The notes under the pieces: generated by a model
Databases searched by the model: none
Told to the model about the DNA's origin: nothing
The model's input: the letters and a program-made list of their open reading frames with translations, nothing else
Shown: positions 37,691 through 46,101 of the stretch, one piece after another
Layout of the letters: every line of letters begins with the position of its first letter
Numbering within the stretch: position 1 is the first letter of the stretch
DNA from: a virus
Virus record (IMG/VR): IMGVR_UViG_3300034175_000060
Span: 1 to 64,000 of that record
Length of the DNA: 64,000 nucleotides
Reading direction: 5' to 3' (one strand)
Program-made: the position numbers and the translations under genes

Positions 37691-37765
37691 TGGAGCCGAC
37701 TGAGAATTACGATATCTCGGCCTAATCATTACAGGTGATTCGCTCTGCCTCTGAGCTAAGTCGGC
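37691..37765 (-). tRNA. atypical tRNA-Thr(UGU)
   Basis: GCCGACTTAGCTCAG...AGTCGGC-T-CCA (thrU-like); anticodon loop CCTGTAA; T loop ATCGTAA. Confidence 0.8.
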
Positions 37766-37867
37766 GGTGTTATTCTCGCTTTGCAGAATCCCTGCACCAT
37801 AATTTCTCTATCCAAGCTCGATAGATGGCGGGCCACTGAAGGTAGCGCCTTCATGTCTAATACAACC

Positions 37868-37895
37868 ATTATACTCTAATTCTCAGAATTGTCAA
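37868..37895 (-). promoter_or_regulatory. promoter of the tRNA cluster
   Basis: TTGACA-16 bp-TATAAT. Confidence 0.7.
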
Positions 37896-38200
37896 CTGAT
37901 TTTTTGCAAATTCTCAAAATCAACCTCTGGAGTATCATCCTCTTCTTCCCGCTGAACACCATTACCAGTTTTGTGCTGAACGATCATCAATTGCAATTCC
38001 CTCTTCTCAGCCTTGTCCTGCATGTCATCTCGGATATTCAAGATAGCTTTACAAGCATCCAATTTGATCTTCTCGTCCAAACTCTTAGCCAAAGTGACCA
38101 ATCCTGCCACAGCATCTGGTGCAGCTTTGTCCAAATCCCTGATAATCTTCTCTAGTGCACTAGGCGTTCGACGCCTCTTCACAATCTTCTGTTCTGTCAT
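37892..38200 (-). CDS. helical protein, candidate terminase small subunit
   Basis: GGAGG RBS; first gene of the virion operon; function inferred from position only. Confidence 0.5.
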   Translation of the reverse strand: MTEQKIVKRRRTPSALEKIIRDLDKAAPDAVAGLVTLAKSLDEKIKLDACKAILNIRDDMQDKAEKRELQLMIVQHKTGNGVQREEEDDTPEVDFENLQKIS

Positions 38201-38221
38201 GCTTTCCTCCTAATTACAAGA

Positions 38222-38249
38222 ATTATACACCAGATTTGCCCCTTGTCAA
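38222..38249 (-). promoter_or_regulatory. conserved structural-gene promoter (copy 3)
   Basis: TTGACA-AGGGGCAAATCTGGTG-TATAAT. Confidence 0.8.
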
Positions 38250-38304
38250 TACCCTGAGAATGTCTTGCAAATAACACAACATATAAAGTTGTCATTCTGA
38301 CTGC

Positions 38305-38387
38305 TTGACTGCCAGCAAATATAGTGTAGAATAAATTCCATCGCAGCAAAAATAATTCTTGACAGCACTCAAAATTAAGAATATTCT
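38305..38387 (+). promoter_or_regulatory. tandem sigma70-like promoters, divergent from the virion operon
   Basis: TTGACT..TAGAAT (38305-38332) and TTGACA-17-TATTCT (38359-38387). Confidence 0.55.
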
Positions 38388-38538
38388 GAGAACACTTACA
38401 ACCCAAGGAGAACCCTATGTTACTGAAATTGAAGTATTCCCTCATACTTACATACGCTGCTTTCCGGCGCAAATCTGTGGTAGACTTATTCGGAGGTACA
38501 TATGTTGTCTCAGGAAATTACGTTCGGAGGATTCGCTA

Positions 38539-38700
38539 ATGCTTGTATATTACAAGTCGGACAAGGATAAGCTTTGCGTGACGAAGGTTAGCACAGATAG
38601 CCATGAAGAGGCTTTGGACGAGATGAACCAATGGCTACACATTAATATGGTGTCTTACAAGAAGCCTGTACTTGCCCTGATTCAAGGTGGCAAGCAATGA
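38539..38700 (+). CDS. small hypothetical protein
   Basis: GGAGG RBS before ATG 38539. Confidence 0.55.
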   Translation: MLVYYKSDKDKLCVTKVSTDSHEEALDEMNQWLHINMVSYKKPVLALIQGGKQ

Positions 38701-38809
38701 CAATTATTGAAGAATTTGTACAAGAGTATGAAGCCAAAGAAGATGCTGAAGATATGCACCACAGTGTCTACTTTATCCCAGAATACTATCAACCTGAAGG
38801 AGAATAATC

Positions 38810-39076
38810 ATGCAATACAAAACTATTGTTAGTCCAAGCATCCCTGTAGCTATGCTAGAATTCCAAGATGCTCTGCTCGCAGGATGGCGCATTGATGTAG
38901 ACAATCTGCCTGTCAGTCACATTATGTACTATGAAATTCAACTTGTCCGAGAAGATGGGGAAGATGTGAAAGAAGTGTTCAACACCGTGCACAATCCAGA
39001 GGATACTATTACACCTCCTGAGATTACTTCCGCACGTAAAGCTGGTCGTCCTCCGCAGAATAAAGGTGATAAATAA
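38810..39076 (+). CDS. hypothetical protein
   Basis: AAGGAG RBS; basic C terminus (RKAGRPP). Confidence 0.7.
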   Translation: MQYKTIVSPSIPVAMLEFQDALLAGWRIDVDNLPVSHIMYYEIQLVREDGEDVKEVFNTVHNPEDTITPPEITSARKAGRPPQNKGDK

Positions 39077-39242
39077 TGACCGTTATGGAATGGACAGTTG
39101 AACAGATTTTGCAGGATTCCGAGTGTTGTGGTAATCCTTTGCGTTGTCATAGTGAAGCTTTGAGTGAGAGGAATGTGTTTCGTAGTTGTGTTGGTGTTGT
39201 AGAGGAAGAAGTTCTTTGAAAAATAAGTCTAAAGGAAATAAC

Positions 39243-39992
39243 GTGAGCCGTAATGCTAATCGTTTTGCAAAGAAACAGGTGACTGGGTCTGATGAGGATC
39301 GAGTTGTAAAAGCGAAGTTCCTTGCAGTGTCACGAGAAGAAGTAAAGTTGAAGGCAATTACGCCCCTCAACGAACGACAAGAAGAATATTTTGAAGCTTT
39401 GCGTACTAAGGATTTGGTTGTAGCCAGCGGCATGGCCGGAACCTCAAAAACCTTTGTAGCATGTTGCTTTGCCGCTGATGCCTACCGTGCAGGAGATATC
39501 AATAAGATTGTTCTGGCTCGTCCCGCTGAGAGTTCTTCCAAATCTCTGGGTTTCGCTAAGGGCGACCAGACAATGAAGATGATGCAATGGGTTATGCCTA
39601 TGATTTCTGTGCTGTACACGCGCATGGGCAAGGCTGTAGTTGATCTTGCAATCCTTGAAGGTAATATCATTTTGCAACCTTTGGAGTCTATCAAGGGTAT
39701 GAGCTTTGGTAAATACACTTGGGTTATTGCTGACGAAGTGGAGGATTGCACAATTGAAGAAATCAAATCTATTGTTACTCGCAGTGGTGGATGCCGGATG
39801 ACATTATGCGGTGACGTCTCCCAAAGCTGCCTGAAAGAGACAAGCGGGTTATTGGCCTTGATGAAGATTATTGAAGGTTCTCCTCGGTTGCAAGAAAGTG
39901 CAGCTTTAATTGACTTTGACTCGTATGACCACATTGTACGTAGTAAGTTGTGCAAAGACTTCATTATTGCCTATGACAAAGCGGGATATTGA
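39243..39992 (+). CDS. phoH: PhoH family ATPase
   Basis: GMAGTSKT, LARPA, LGFAKGD, KGMSF, IADEVED, CGDVSQ. Confidence 0.9.
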   Translation: MSRNANRFAKKQVTGSDEDRVVKAKFLAVSREEVKLKAITPLNERQEEYFEALRTKDLVVASGMAGTSKTFVACCFAADAYRAGDINKIVLARPAESSSKSLGFAKGDQTMKMMQWVMPMISVLYTRMGKAVVDLAILEGNIILQPLESIKGMSFGKYTWVIADEVEDCTIEEIKSIVTRSGGCRMTLCGDVSQSCLKETSGLLALMKIIEGSPRLQESAALIDFDSYDHIVRSKLCKDFIIAYDKAGY

Positions 39993-40714
39993 TGGATGAA
40001 AATATAGGTAAAGTGTTTGGTAGACTTACTGTCTTGGAGAAAACAGCCATTAAATCTAAGTACCATTACTCTTGCCAATGCTCTTGTGGCAACGTAAAAG
40101 AAATCTCCTTTGGGAATTTAGTAAAGAAGAACTCTCCAACATTGTCTTGCGGTTGCCTTAGAAATGAAAACATCACTAAAATTTGTGGTAAACATCTCAT
40201 GGCAAAAAGTAAGGAGTATAAATCTTGGTCTAAAGTAAAAGAGCGTACAGGAAATCCTAAGACTCATAACTATTGTGATTATGGCGATAAAGGTTTTCTT
40301 TTGCAAGATTCTTGGCATAGCTTTCAAGCATTCATAGATTATATGGGGTTGATGCCAAAAGACGGTAAGAGGTACACAATTGACAGGATTCAAAATCATC
40401 TAGGTTATATAGAAGGTAATGTGCGATGGGCTACCAACCACGAGCAAGCTCGAAATAAAACAAAGCCGAAGAATAACTCGTCAGGATTCGTGGGTGTTGC
40501 TTGGCATGATAAACCCAGCCGTGATAAAACATCTTCACTACTTTACGCAACAGCTATTTGGTATGCTCTGGAGGGTAAAAAGAAGTCAAAGTGCTTTTCG
40601 GTAAAAACTTACGGGCTACTCCCAGCCTTCAAACTTGCTGTAGAATATCGTAACAAAATGATTGCAGAGCTAAACTCCCAAGGTGCTGGCTACACTGAAC
40701 TTCACGGTAAATAA
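39992..40714 (+). CDS. HNH-type homing endonuclease with AP2-like domain
   Basis: CQCSCG..SCGC, TIDRIQNHLGYIEGNVRWA, NNSSGFVGV. Confidence 0.85.
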   Translation: MDENIGKVFGRLTVLEKTAIKSKYHYSCQCSCGNVKEISFGNLVKKNSPTLSCGCLRNENITKICGKHLMAKSKEYKSWSKVKERTGNPKTHNYCDYGDKGFLLQDSWHSFQAFIDYMGLMPKDGKRYTIDRIQNHLGYIEGNVRWATNHEQARNKTKPKNNSSGFVGVAWHDKPSRDKTSSLLYATAIWYALEGKKKSKCFSVKTYGLLPAFKLAVEYRNKMIAELNSQGAGYTELHGK

Positions 40715-40722
40715 GGACTAAC

Positions 40723-41412
40723 ATGAAACACAACAAATCTAACGCACAACATCCTTTCCTGTCCTTGGGACAACCTCACGTCTTCACAGTCACAGGTTCT
40801 CCTCAGAATATGAACTACAAAGTGACCATCAATGATGACTTTGACCATGCATCGCAATTTGAAGAAATTGTAGAAGTTTTGGACAGTGCACAAGAAGGTG
40901 ACAGCCTGTATATTTCTCTGGCTACTGATGGTGGCTCTCTGTCTAGTATTCTCCCTCTGCTGGGAGCTATTGACAGTACGGAAGCACATGTGCATATCCA
41001 CTGCGCCTCTGATGTAGCCTCTGCCGGTACTATGCTGCTGATGAAAGCTCACAGTATTTCCATTAATGACTATGTGACAGTGATGTTCCATGAGGTGAGC
41101 TTCGGTTCACAAGGCAATGGTAGCCGTGTTGCTGTGCATGTAGGTCATGTACTGAAATCCTCAGAACGTCTCGTGCGAGAGATGTACAAGCACTTCTTCA
41201 ACAAAGAGGAACTTGATAAAATGCTAAGTGGTTTTGAATTCTACATGGACAAAGAAGAGTTCTTGAAACGTTATGTCACACGTATGGAGTTGGAACAGAA
41301 GGATCAAGATGACTTTGAAATGCAAGCTATGAAAGCATCCCGCCCAAAGCGTGTCAAGAAAGCTGCACCAAAGCTTGAAAAGATTGTTGACACTTCTGAC
41401 AAACCTGAGTAA
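40723..41412 (+). CDS. ClpP-like serine protease
   Basis: ATDGGS, VASAGTMLL, VMFHE ClpP-fold motifs. Confidence 0.8.
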   Translation: MKHNKSNAQHPFLSLGQPHVFTVTGSPQNMNYKVTINDDFDHASQFEEIVEVLDSAQEGDSLYISLATDGGSLSSILPLLGAIDSTEAHVHIHCASDVASAGTMLLMKAHSISINDYVTVMFHEVSFGSQGNGSRVAVHVGHVLKSSERLVREMYKHFFNKEELDKMLSGFEFYMDKEEFLKRYVTRMELEQKDQDDFEMQAMKASRPKRVKKAAPKLEKIVDTSDKPE

Positions 41413-41425
41413 ACTAGATGTATTG

Positions 41426-41457
41426 GCCCTGTTTCAGCGAAGGCTGGCAGGGCTTTT
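41426..41457 (+). terminator. intrinsic terminator
   Basis: GCCCTG...CAGGGC followed by TTTT. Confidence 0.7.
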
Positions 41458-41486
41458 CTTATTTGTAACAAATATTGGAGAATAGA

Positions 41487-41660
41487 ATGAATACGCCACG
41501 ACCTTTTACCAACCCACCTATGCCGGGTGTTGCTGAGAAACTAATCTACAAGAACGACTTGAAATCCGCTGTAGACCGTCTTGACACTTGCTGGAATAAA
41601 ACTCAACTAGAAGACATCCTCAACAGTGTGAAATTCTTCGTACAGAAGATGGAGAAATAA
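41487..41660 (+). CDS. small hypothetical protein
   Basis: GGAG RBS. Confidence 0.55.
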   Translation: MNTPRPFTNPPMPGVAEKLIYKNDLKSAVDRLDTCWNKTQLEDILNSVKFFVQKMEK

Positions 41661-41806
41661 ATGCCTACCGTAAAAGATGAAGCACAGAAAGAGAAAGACG
41701 AAATGTTCCGCCAAATTAGGCACATGACAAACTTGTGCACTTGTCCAAGTTATATTACAATTACAGAATTGAATTATATTCTTAGTGTTCTGAAGGGTGA
41801 GAAATA

Positions 41807-42010
41807 ATGCTCCGCAGCCTATTCCAAGCCATCTTCGGAAGCTTCTCACGCAAGGCTGCGCAGGAAGCTAGGCGTATTGGAGATCATGATATGATTATGC
41901 GTATGATTGTCCAAGCTAATGCTATTGCACGTGGGGAGGAGATTTCAAATCCGTCTGGATTTACTCTCCCTAAACCTATTATTCCTGAACGTAGAAAGGT
42001 TGCCCGATGA
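41807..42010 (+). CDS. small hypothetical protein
   Basis: 67-aa ORF in a coupled run of small genes. Confidence 0.55.
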   Translation: MLRSLFQAIFGSFSRKAAQEARRIGDHDMIMRMIVQANAIARGEEISNPSGFTLPKPIIPERRKVAR

Positions 42011-42370
42011 ATAGTAATTTTGAGCAAGGTGAAGTAGATAGATATTGGCCTAAGAATCACGCTTTGGAATATTACAAGGCAATACTTGAAGGTTTGTTGG
42101 AGCGTATAGAACGTGTTAGAATGAAGATTATTGAATTGGAGAGGAAAGCACCATGAGACATTACCGTAGACACAGTTGCCTTGGGCCAGTTGGTAGCTAT
42201 GTGCTGCTGATTCTTTTTGATGGTTGTGCTGATGGGAGGGTGTTGATAGGGTGGCTCTCATAGGAGGGCTTTTCTGTATTAGTAGTGCGCTATTTAGTTG
42301 TGTCCAATACAAGCTTGACAACTGTCAGAATTGTTATAAAATGGTAGTTCTACAGAAGAAAGGAATTATC

Positions 42371-42589
42371 ATGGCAAAAGTAAAATTCAGTAAAGACGTG
42401 GCACTATCTTATCGTGAGCAAGGAATGTCTCACCAAGAAATATCTGAAATTATGGGTTGTTCGCTGAAGTGGGTAAACAGTGCCTTGGTGGGAGTACCTA
42501 AAGGCAACATGCGTGTCCCTGTTGACGATACGAAGATTCAAGTCATGAATCTAGTTAGAGAACTGCTAGTGAAACTGGAGGCATTGTAA
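42371..42589 (+). CDS. small HTH DNA-binding protein
   Basis: GMSHQEISEIMGCSLKWVN; own promoter TTGACA..TAAAAT at 42315-42342. Confidence 0.7.
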   Translation: MAKVKFSKDVALSYREQGMSHQEISEIMGCSLKWVNSALVGVPKGNMRVPVDDTKIQVMNLVRELLVKLEAL

Positions 42590-43785
42590 TGTTGGGTACG
42601 CGAATTAAAACTATCAACTTCGGCTGGTGTGAAGCTATCTCTGACATGTATGTAATTGAAGGTAAGAAATCTCGTGGTGGTTGGGTTGATGTCAAGTTTG
42701 ACAACACCGGTTATGTGAAGAGAAATGTCATAGTTGATTTCTTCAATCAAGGTTGCGTGCGCGACTCCAGCATACCTATTGTAATCGAGATTGGTCAGAT
42801 ATACCACACAAATCTTTCTGGTGATGTGAAGATTATTGGAGGGGATAGAAATCTAAATATCCAGATTGAGTTTCTGGAGAGCGGCAATACTTACAAAGCG
42901 CAGAAAGACGCACTTCTCACAGGATTTGTTAAGGACAAACCATCTGTTGACAAAAGGCTGGTTAAGGAAGAGGAAGAAAAGCAACACAGGAAGTATGTTG
43001 CAGAATGTGAAGCTTCTGTGAGAAAGAACGCAGAAGAACATGCTAAACGCATCAAACAGGCTAAGAAGGATGAACGTGCGAAGTTAATCAAAGAACACAA
43101 AGAATTTGTTGAAGCTTCTAAGCAGGAACGAAAACATAAGAACGAATCGTTGCTTCAGAAAGCGTTAGATTTCTCTTATGTGCAAATCGACCAAACTACT
43201 TACAGTGCAGGGCTTCTTAACGTTGATTTCAAAGATATAGAGGGTAAGTGGGTGTTGCGATACAGAAATCCTAAGACCAAAGATTTCGTTCAAACTCGCT
43301 TAGGTAAACTCCATAACAACATGACCCAACGAGGAAAGAAAGATTCTGCACTGCAAGACGTACATAACAAATCCTACAACGGTGTCTCCGTAAGCGAAGA
43401 GTTCAAGAATGCACAAACATTCTGTGACTGGGCGGTACAGCAACCCGGATGGGGCTTAGGTTATGATCTTGAGAAAGATTTATTGGTAGACGGCAACCGA
43501 GAGTACTCTTCTGAAGCTTGCTGCTTCCTGCCTGCGGACTTGAACATGGTTATTGCTTTCAAAGGTAAAGTTGATTGTATTAAGAGCGGAGAGTGTTATA
43601 CAGCACGAGCTTCGGCAAGAGGTGAGAGTTTTGTCCTCGGTAGATTTGAGACTGAGGAAGAGGCAACTTCGGCTTGTCTTGAATACAAACACGAGAGGGC
43701 CATGAAACTACTTGAGATATTCAAGCCGTACATTTCTCCCAAAGCTGTAGATAAGTTAATTGAGCTATTTGGAAAATCTCATTGA
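42589..43785 (+). CDS. putative HNH-related homing endonuclease (duplicated N-terminal module, coiled coil, AP2-like end)
   Basis: YNGVSVSEEFKN..TFCDW...LEKDLLVDGNREYS..CCFLP..LN; LGRFETEEEA. Confidence 0.7.
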   Translation: MLGTRIKTINFGWCEAISDMYVIEGKKSRGGWVDVKFDNTGYVKRNVIVDFFNQGCVRDSSIPIVIEIGQIYHTNLSGDVKIIGGDRNLNIQIEFLESGNTYKAQKDALLTGFVKDKPSVDKRLVKEEEEKQHRKYVAECEASVRKNAEEHAKRIKQAKKDERAKLIKEHKEFVEASKQERKHKNESLLQKALDFSYVQIDQTTYSAGLLNVDFKDIEGKWVLRYRNPKTKDFVQTRLGKLHNNMTQRGKKDSALQDVHNKSYNGVSVSEEFKNAQTFCDWAVQQPGWGLGYDLEKDLLVDGNREYSSEACCFLPADLNMVIAFKGKVDCIKSGECYTARASARGESFVLGRFETEEEATSACLEYKHERAMKLLEIFKPYISPKAVDKLIELFGKSH

Positions 43786-43810
43786 CTTTTGAGACAGCTA
43801 TCTATATAAT
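43782..43810 (+). promoter_or_regulatory. promoter of the resolvase gene
   Basis: TTGACT-17 bp-TATAAT. Confidence 0.7.
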
Positions 43811-43837
43811 TACTACATCAACTTACAAGGAGAATTC

Positions 43838-44503
43838 ATGAAACGTTTTGCTTATCTTCGTTGCAGTAGTGACGTACAAAGTACGGATCACCAAAAGAAT
43901 ACTATCATTCAGAGTGGGTATGTTCCAGATGTTTGGTATTCAGAAGACGGTGTATCTGGTACTACGTCTGCTAGTAAACGCCCAGAGTTTCAGAAGATGA
44001 TGCTAGAGGCAGTGGAAGGAGACGAAGTTTTGGTATTTGCTGTAGATCGCCTTGGTAGGAGGGCTGCTGACATCCTTCAAACGGTAGAATTATTCATCGA
44101 AAAGAAGATCAAACTACGTATCCATGCTTTCGACAATCTAGACATCACAAGTATGTATGGCAAAGTTTTGGTGCAGTTCTTGGCTGTGTTCGCGGAACTG
44201 GATCGTGCTCAGATCATTGCACGCTGTGTCAGCGGAAATCAAAAGAAGAAAGATGCTGGTGTTATCCTTGGCAGAGGCTTCACTATTCCGCCTGAAATTT
44301 TGGAAAATTTAAAAATCGATCAAGATTCTGGTATGACTCTAAATGAACTGGCGGGGAAATATGACATCAATCGAGCCACAATCAGTCGGAATCTTATTGA
44401 ATGGGGAAGCAATCTCAGTGAGTACGAAACCCGCTGGAATACATTCCAACAGCAGAAAGAAGATCGTCGTTTGAGTAAGATTGCCAAGCTTCAAAACACG
44501 TAA
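43838..44503 (+). CDS. small serine recombinase (resolvase/invertase family)
   Basis: YLRCSS..Q, GVSG....RPEF, GD.V.V..VDRLGR, FAELDR..I..R, C-terminal HTH. Confidence 0.92.
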   Translation: MKRFAYLRCSSDVQSTDHQKNTIIQSGYVPDVWYSEDGVSGTTSASKRPEFQKMMLEAVEGDEVLVFAVDRLGRRAADILQTVELFIEKKIKLRIHAFDNLDITSMYGKVLVQFLAVFAELDRAQIIARCVSGNQKKKDAGVILGRGFTIPPEILENLKIDQDSGMTLNELAGKYDINRATISRNLIEWGSNLSEYETRWNTFQQQKEDRRLSKIAKLQNT

Positions 44504-44518
44504 TTATAAATTCATTCG

Positions 44519-44553
44519 AGGGAGACACTTACACAGTGGACTCCCTTTATTTT
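44519..44553 (+). terminator. intrinsic terminator
   Basis: AGGGAG...CTCCCT followed by TTATTTT. Confidence 0.65.
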
Positions 44554-45207
44554 CGCCCAAATTTCTCTATAAAATTTTTTTAGAATCACCCTCCCAATCC
44601 CACCTCAAATAACCCTTAATAGAACTTATTTTGTAGGTTATTCCACCATTTATACCACTTATTTTCTCTTAAATAGTGCCATTTTGGTGCGATTATTTCA
44701 GTAAATTATTTTCAAATTTAATTGGACAGAAGCTGTCGTGTGGTTTAACAGGCAGGACACCACGGCTGGAATGTTGTCTAAACTGCACCAAATATCTCGT
44801 TGAGTAAATCCAATGAGATGGAGTGTTGCTTTCAGAGCAATCACCAATACGCATAACACTATCCCTCATAGCACCTCTATCCATCACCCTACCCACCACC
44901 TATAATCCCTTTCTAATCAGCTACATACGCCCCTCTGTGAGCCTCGTGAGCGAAGCGAGCTACCCTCCCACATATACCACTATCACGCCTCCTGTAGCGC
45001 CTCTGTCAATAACTCCCATCCCATTGTGATAGCAGCCTGACAACTGTTGTTCTCATGTAACTTATTGCACATCGGTAATGTTATCTAGGAGAAACATTAT
45101 ATGATAACTAGACTGGTCAGTACAGTTATGAATAAATTCCGCGATAAAGAACACTCTTGTGAATGGGGATGATATTTGAGGGTTTAATACCGAACGGTAA
45201 AGAAGAG

Positions 45208-45248
45208 TTATCCCAAGTTATACACAGGGTTATCCACAGTTGTCACAA
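45208..45248 (+). promoter_or_regulatory. tandem DnaA boxes
   Basis: TTATACACA (45218-45226) and TTATCCACA (45230-45238) match TTWTNCACA; degenerate copies flank them. Confidence 0.7.
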
Positions 45249-45370
45249 TAGCATGTATTATGTGTGAATACAGGTGTATTGTCAGGCTACCTGATATAGA
45301 TAGGATAGGCCACAGATAGGGCCTGTGAGGACTACCACCTGTGTACATACACATAGCCTAGCACAATAAC

Positions 45371-45391
45371 AAAACCCACCGTGTAGGTGGG
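45371..45391 (-). terminator. terminator of the early region
   Basis: CCCACC-N5-GGTGGG followed by TTTT on the - strand. Confidence 0.65.
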
Positions 45392-45451
45392 GCGAGTGTA
45401 ACGAGAAAGCGCCCCGTAGGACGCCTTGTATGGATGTTATTGTGAGAGTTG

Positions 45452-45661
45452 TTAGCCGATCATAACCTTGTGTGCGGTTGCTTCGTCCCACCGCGCTTTG
45501 ATGTCAGCATAAACAGCTTCGGCCAATTCATCGTTGTTCAACACCGCTGCCAATACTTTCAAGTTTGACAAACCGTTATAGCCTTCACCGTTAACCAGCG
45601 CTTCTGCAATCTCTTCTACATCCATACCGTTGATGATTACTGGATTGTTTGCGTTGTTCAT
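45452..45661 (-). CDS. early hypothetical protein
   Basis: AAGGA RBS; own promoter TTGCAT-17-TATTAT. Confidence 0.65.
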   Translation of the reverse strand: MNNANNPVIINGMDVEEIAEALVNGEGYNGLSNLKVLAAVLNNDELAEAVYADIKARWDEATAHKVMIG

Positions 45662-45768
45662 GATGTTTTCCTTTGTTTGGGTTGTTTGCTACTGAGACTT
45701 CATAATACAACGCATTTAGCCCACATGCAAGCCTTATTTGCACATGAGCGTAAGCGAATGTTGTGTTG

Positions 45769-46101
45769 TTATTTGACCACTTTAACAGAGTAAGTAGCAG
45801 TGTCACCCTTGAATCCGCTATTCTCATTATATTGCTTACGTGCTTGCTTCAGAGCATCATTTCTATCATATGCAACAACTTCCGTCTTATACTCTTCCGA
45901 ACTCCAGCCCGAACCGTACGATTGATAGTTAGGAGTAATGGTTACAGAGAAGGTTTTGAAGCTCTTCTTAGGTTTTGCTACCGCTACAGTACCACTAAGC
46001 TTTTCTTCCAGTTGCTGTACAGTTCCTTCAGTATATCCGCCTTCGGTGATGTAGAAGATTTCTTTGCCTTCGCGGGTCAGTTTGCCGATACGTGCGTCCA
46101 T
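45769..46101 (-). CDS. early hypothetical protein
   Basis: AAGGAG RBS before MDARIGK. Confidence 0.65.
   Translation of the reverse strand: MDARIGKLTREGKEIFYITEGGYTEGTVQQLEEKLSGTVAVAKPKKSFKTFSVTITPNYQSYGSGWSSEEYKTEVVAYDRNDALKQARKQYNENSGFKGDTATYSVKVVK

Noticed and set aside
43838-44503. Integrase indicating a temperate phage
   Set aside because: It is a small resolvase-type enzyme without the large recombinase/zinc-ribbon domains; no repressor or att site is evident.
44693-45491. Short track ORFs in the non-coding block (44693-44899, 44823-45029, 45282-45491)
   Set aside because: No RBS, atypical composition, and they lie between or across two convergent terminators.
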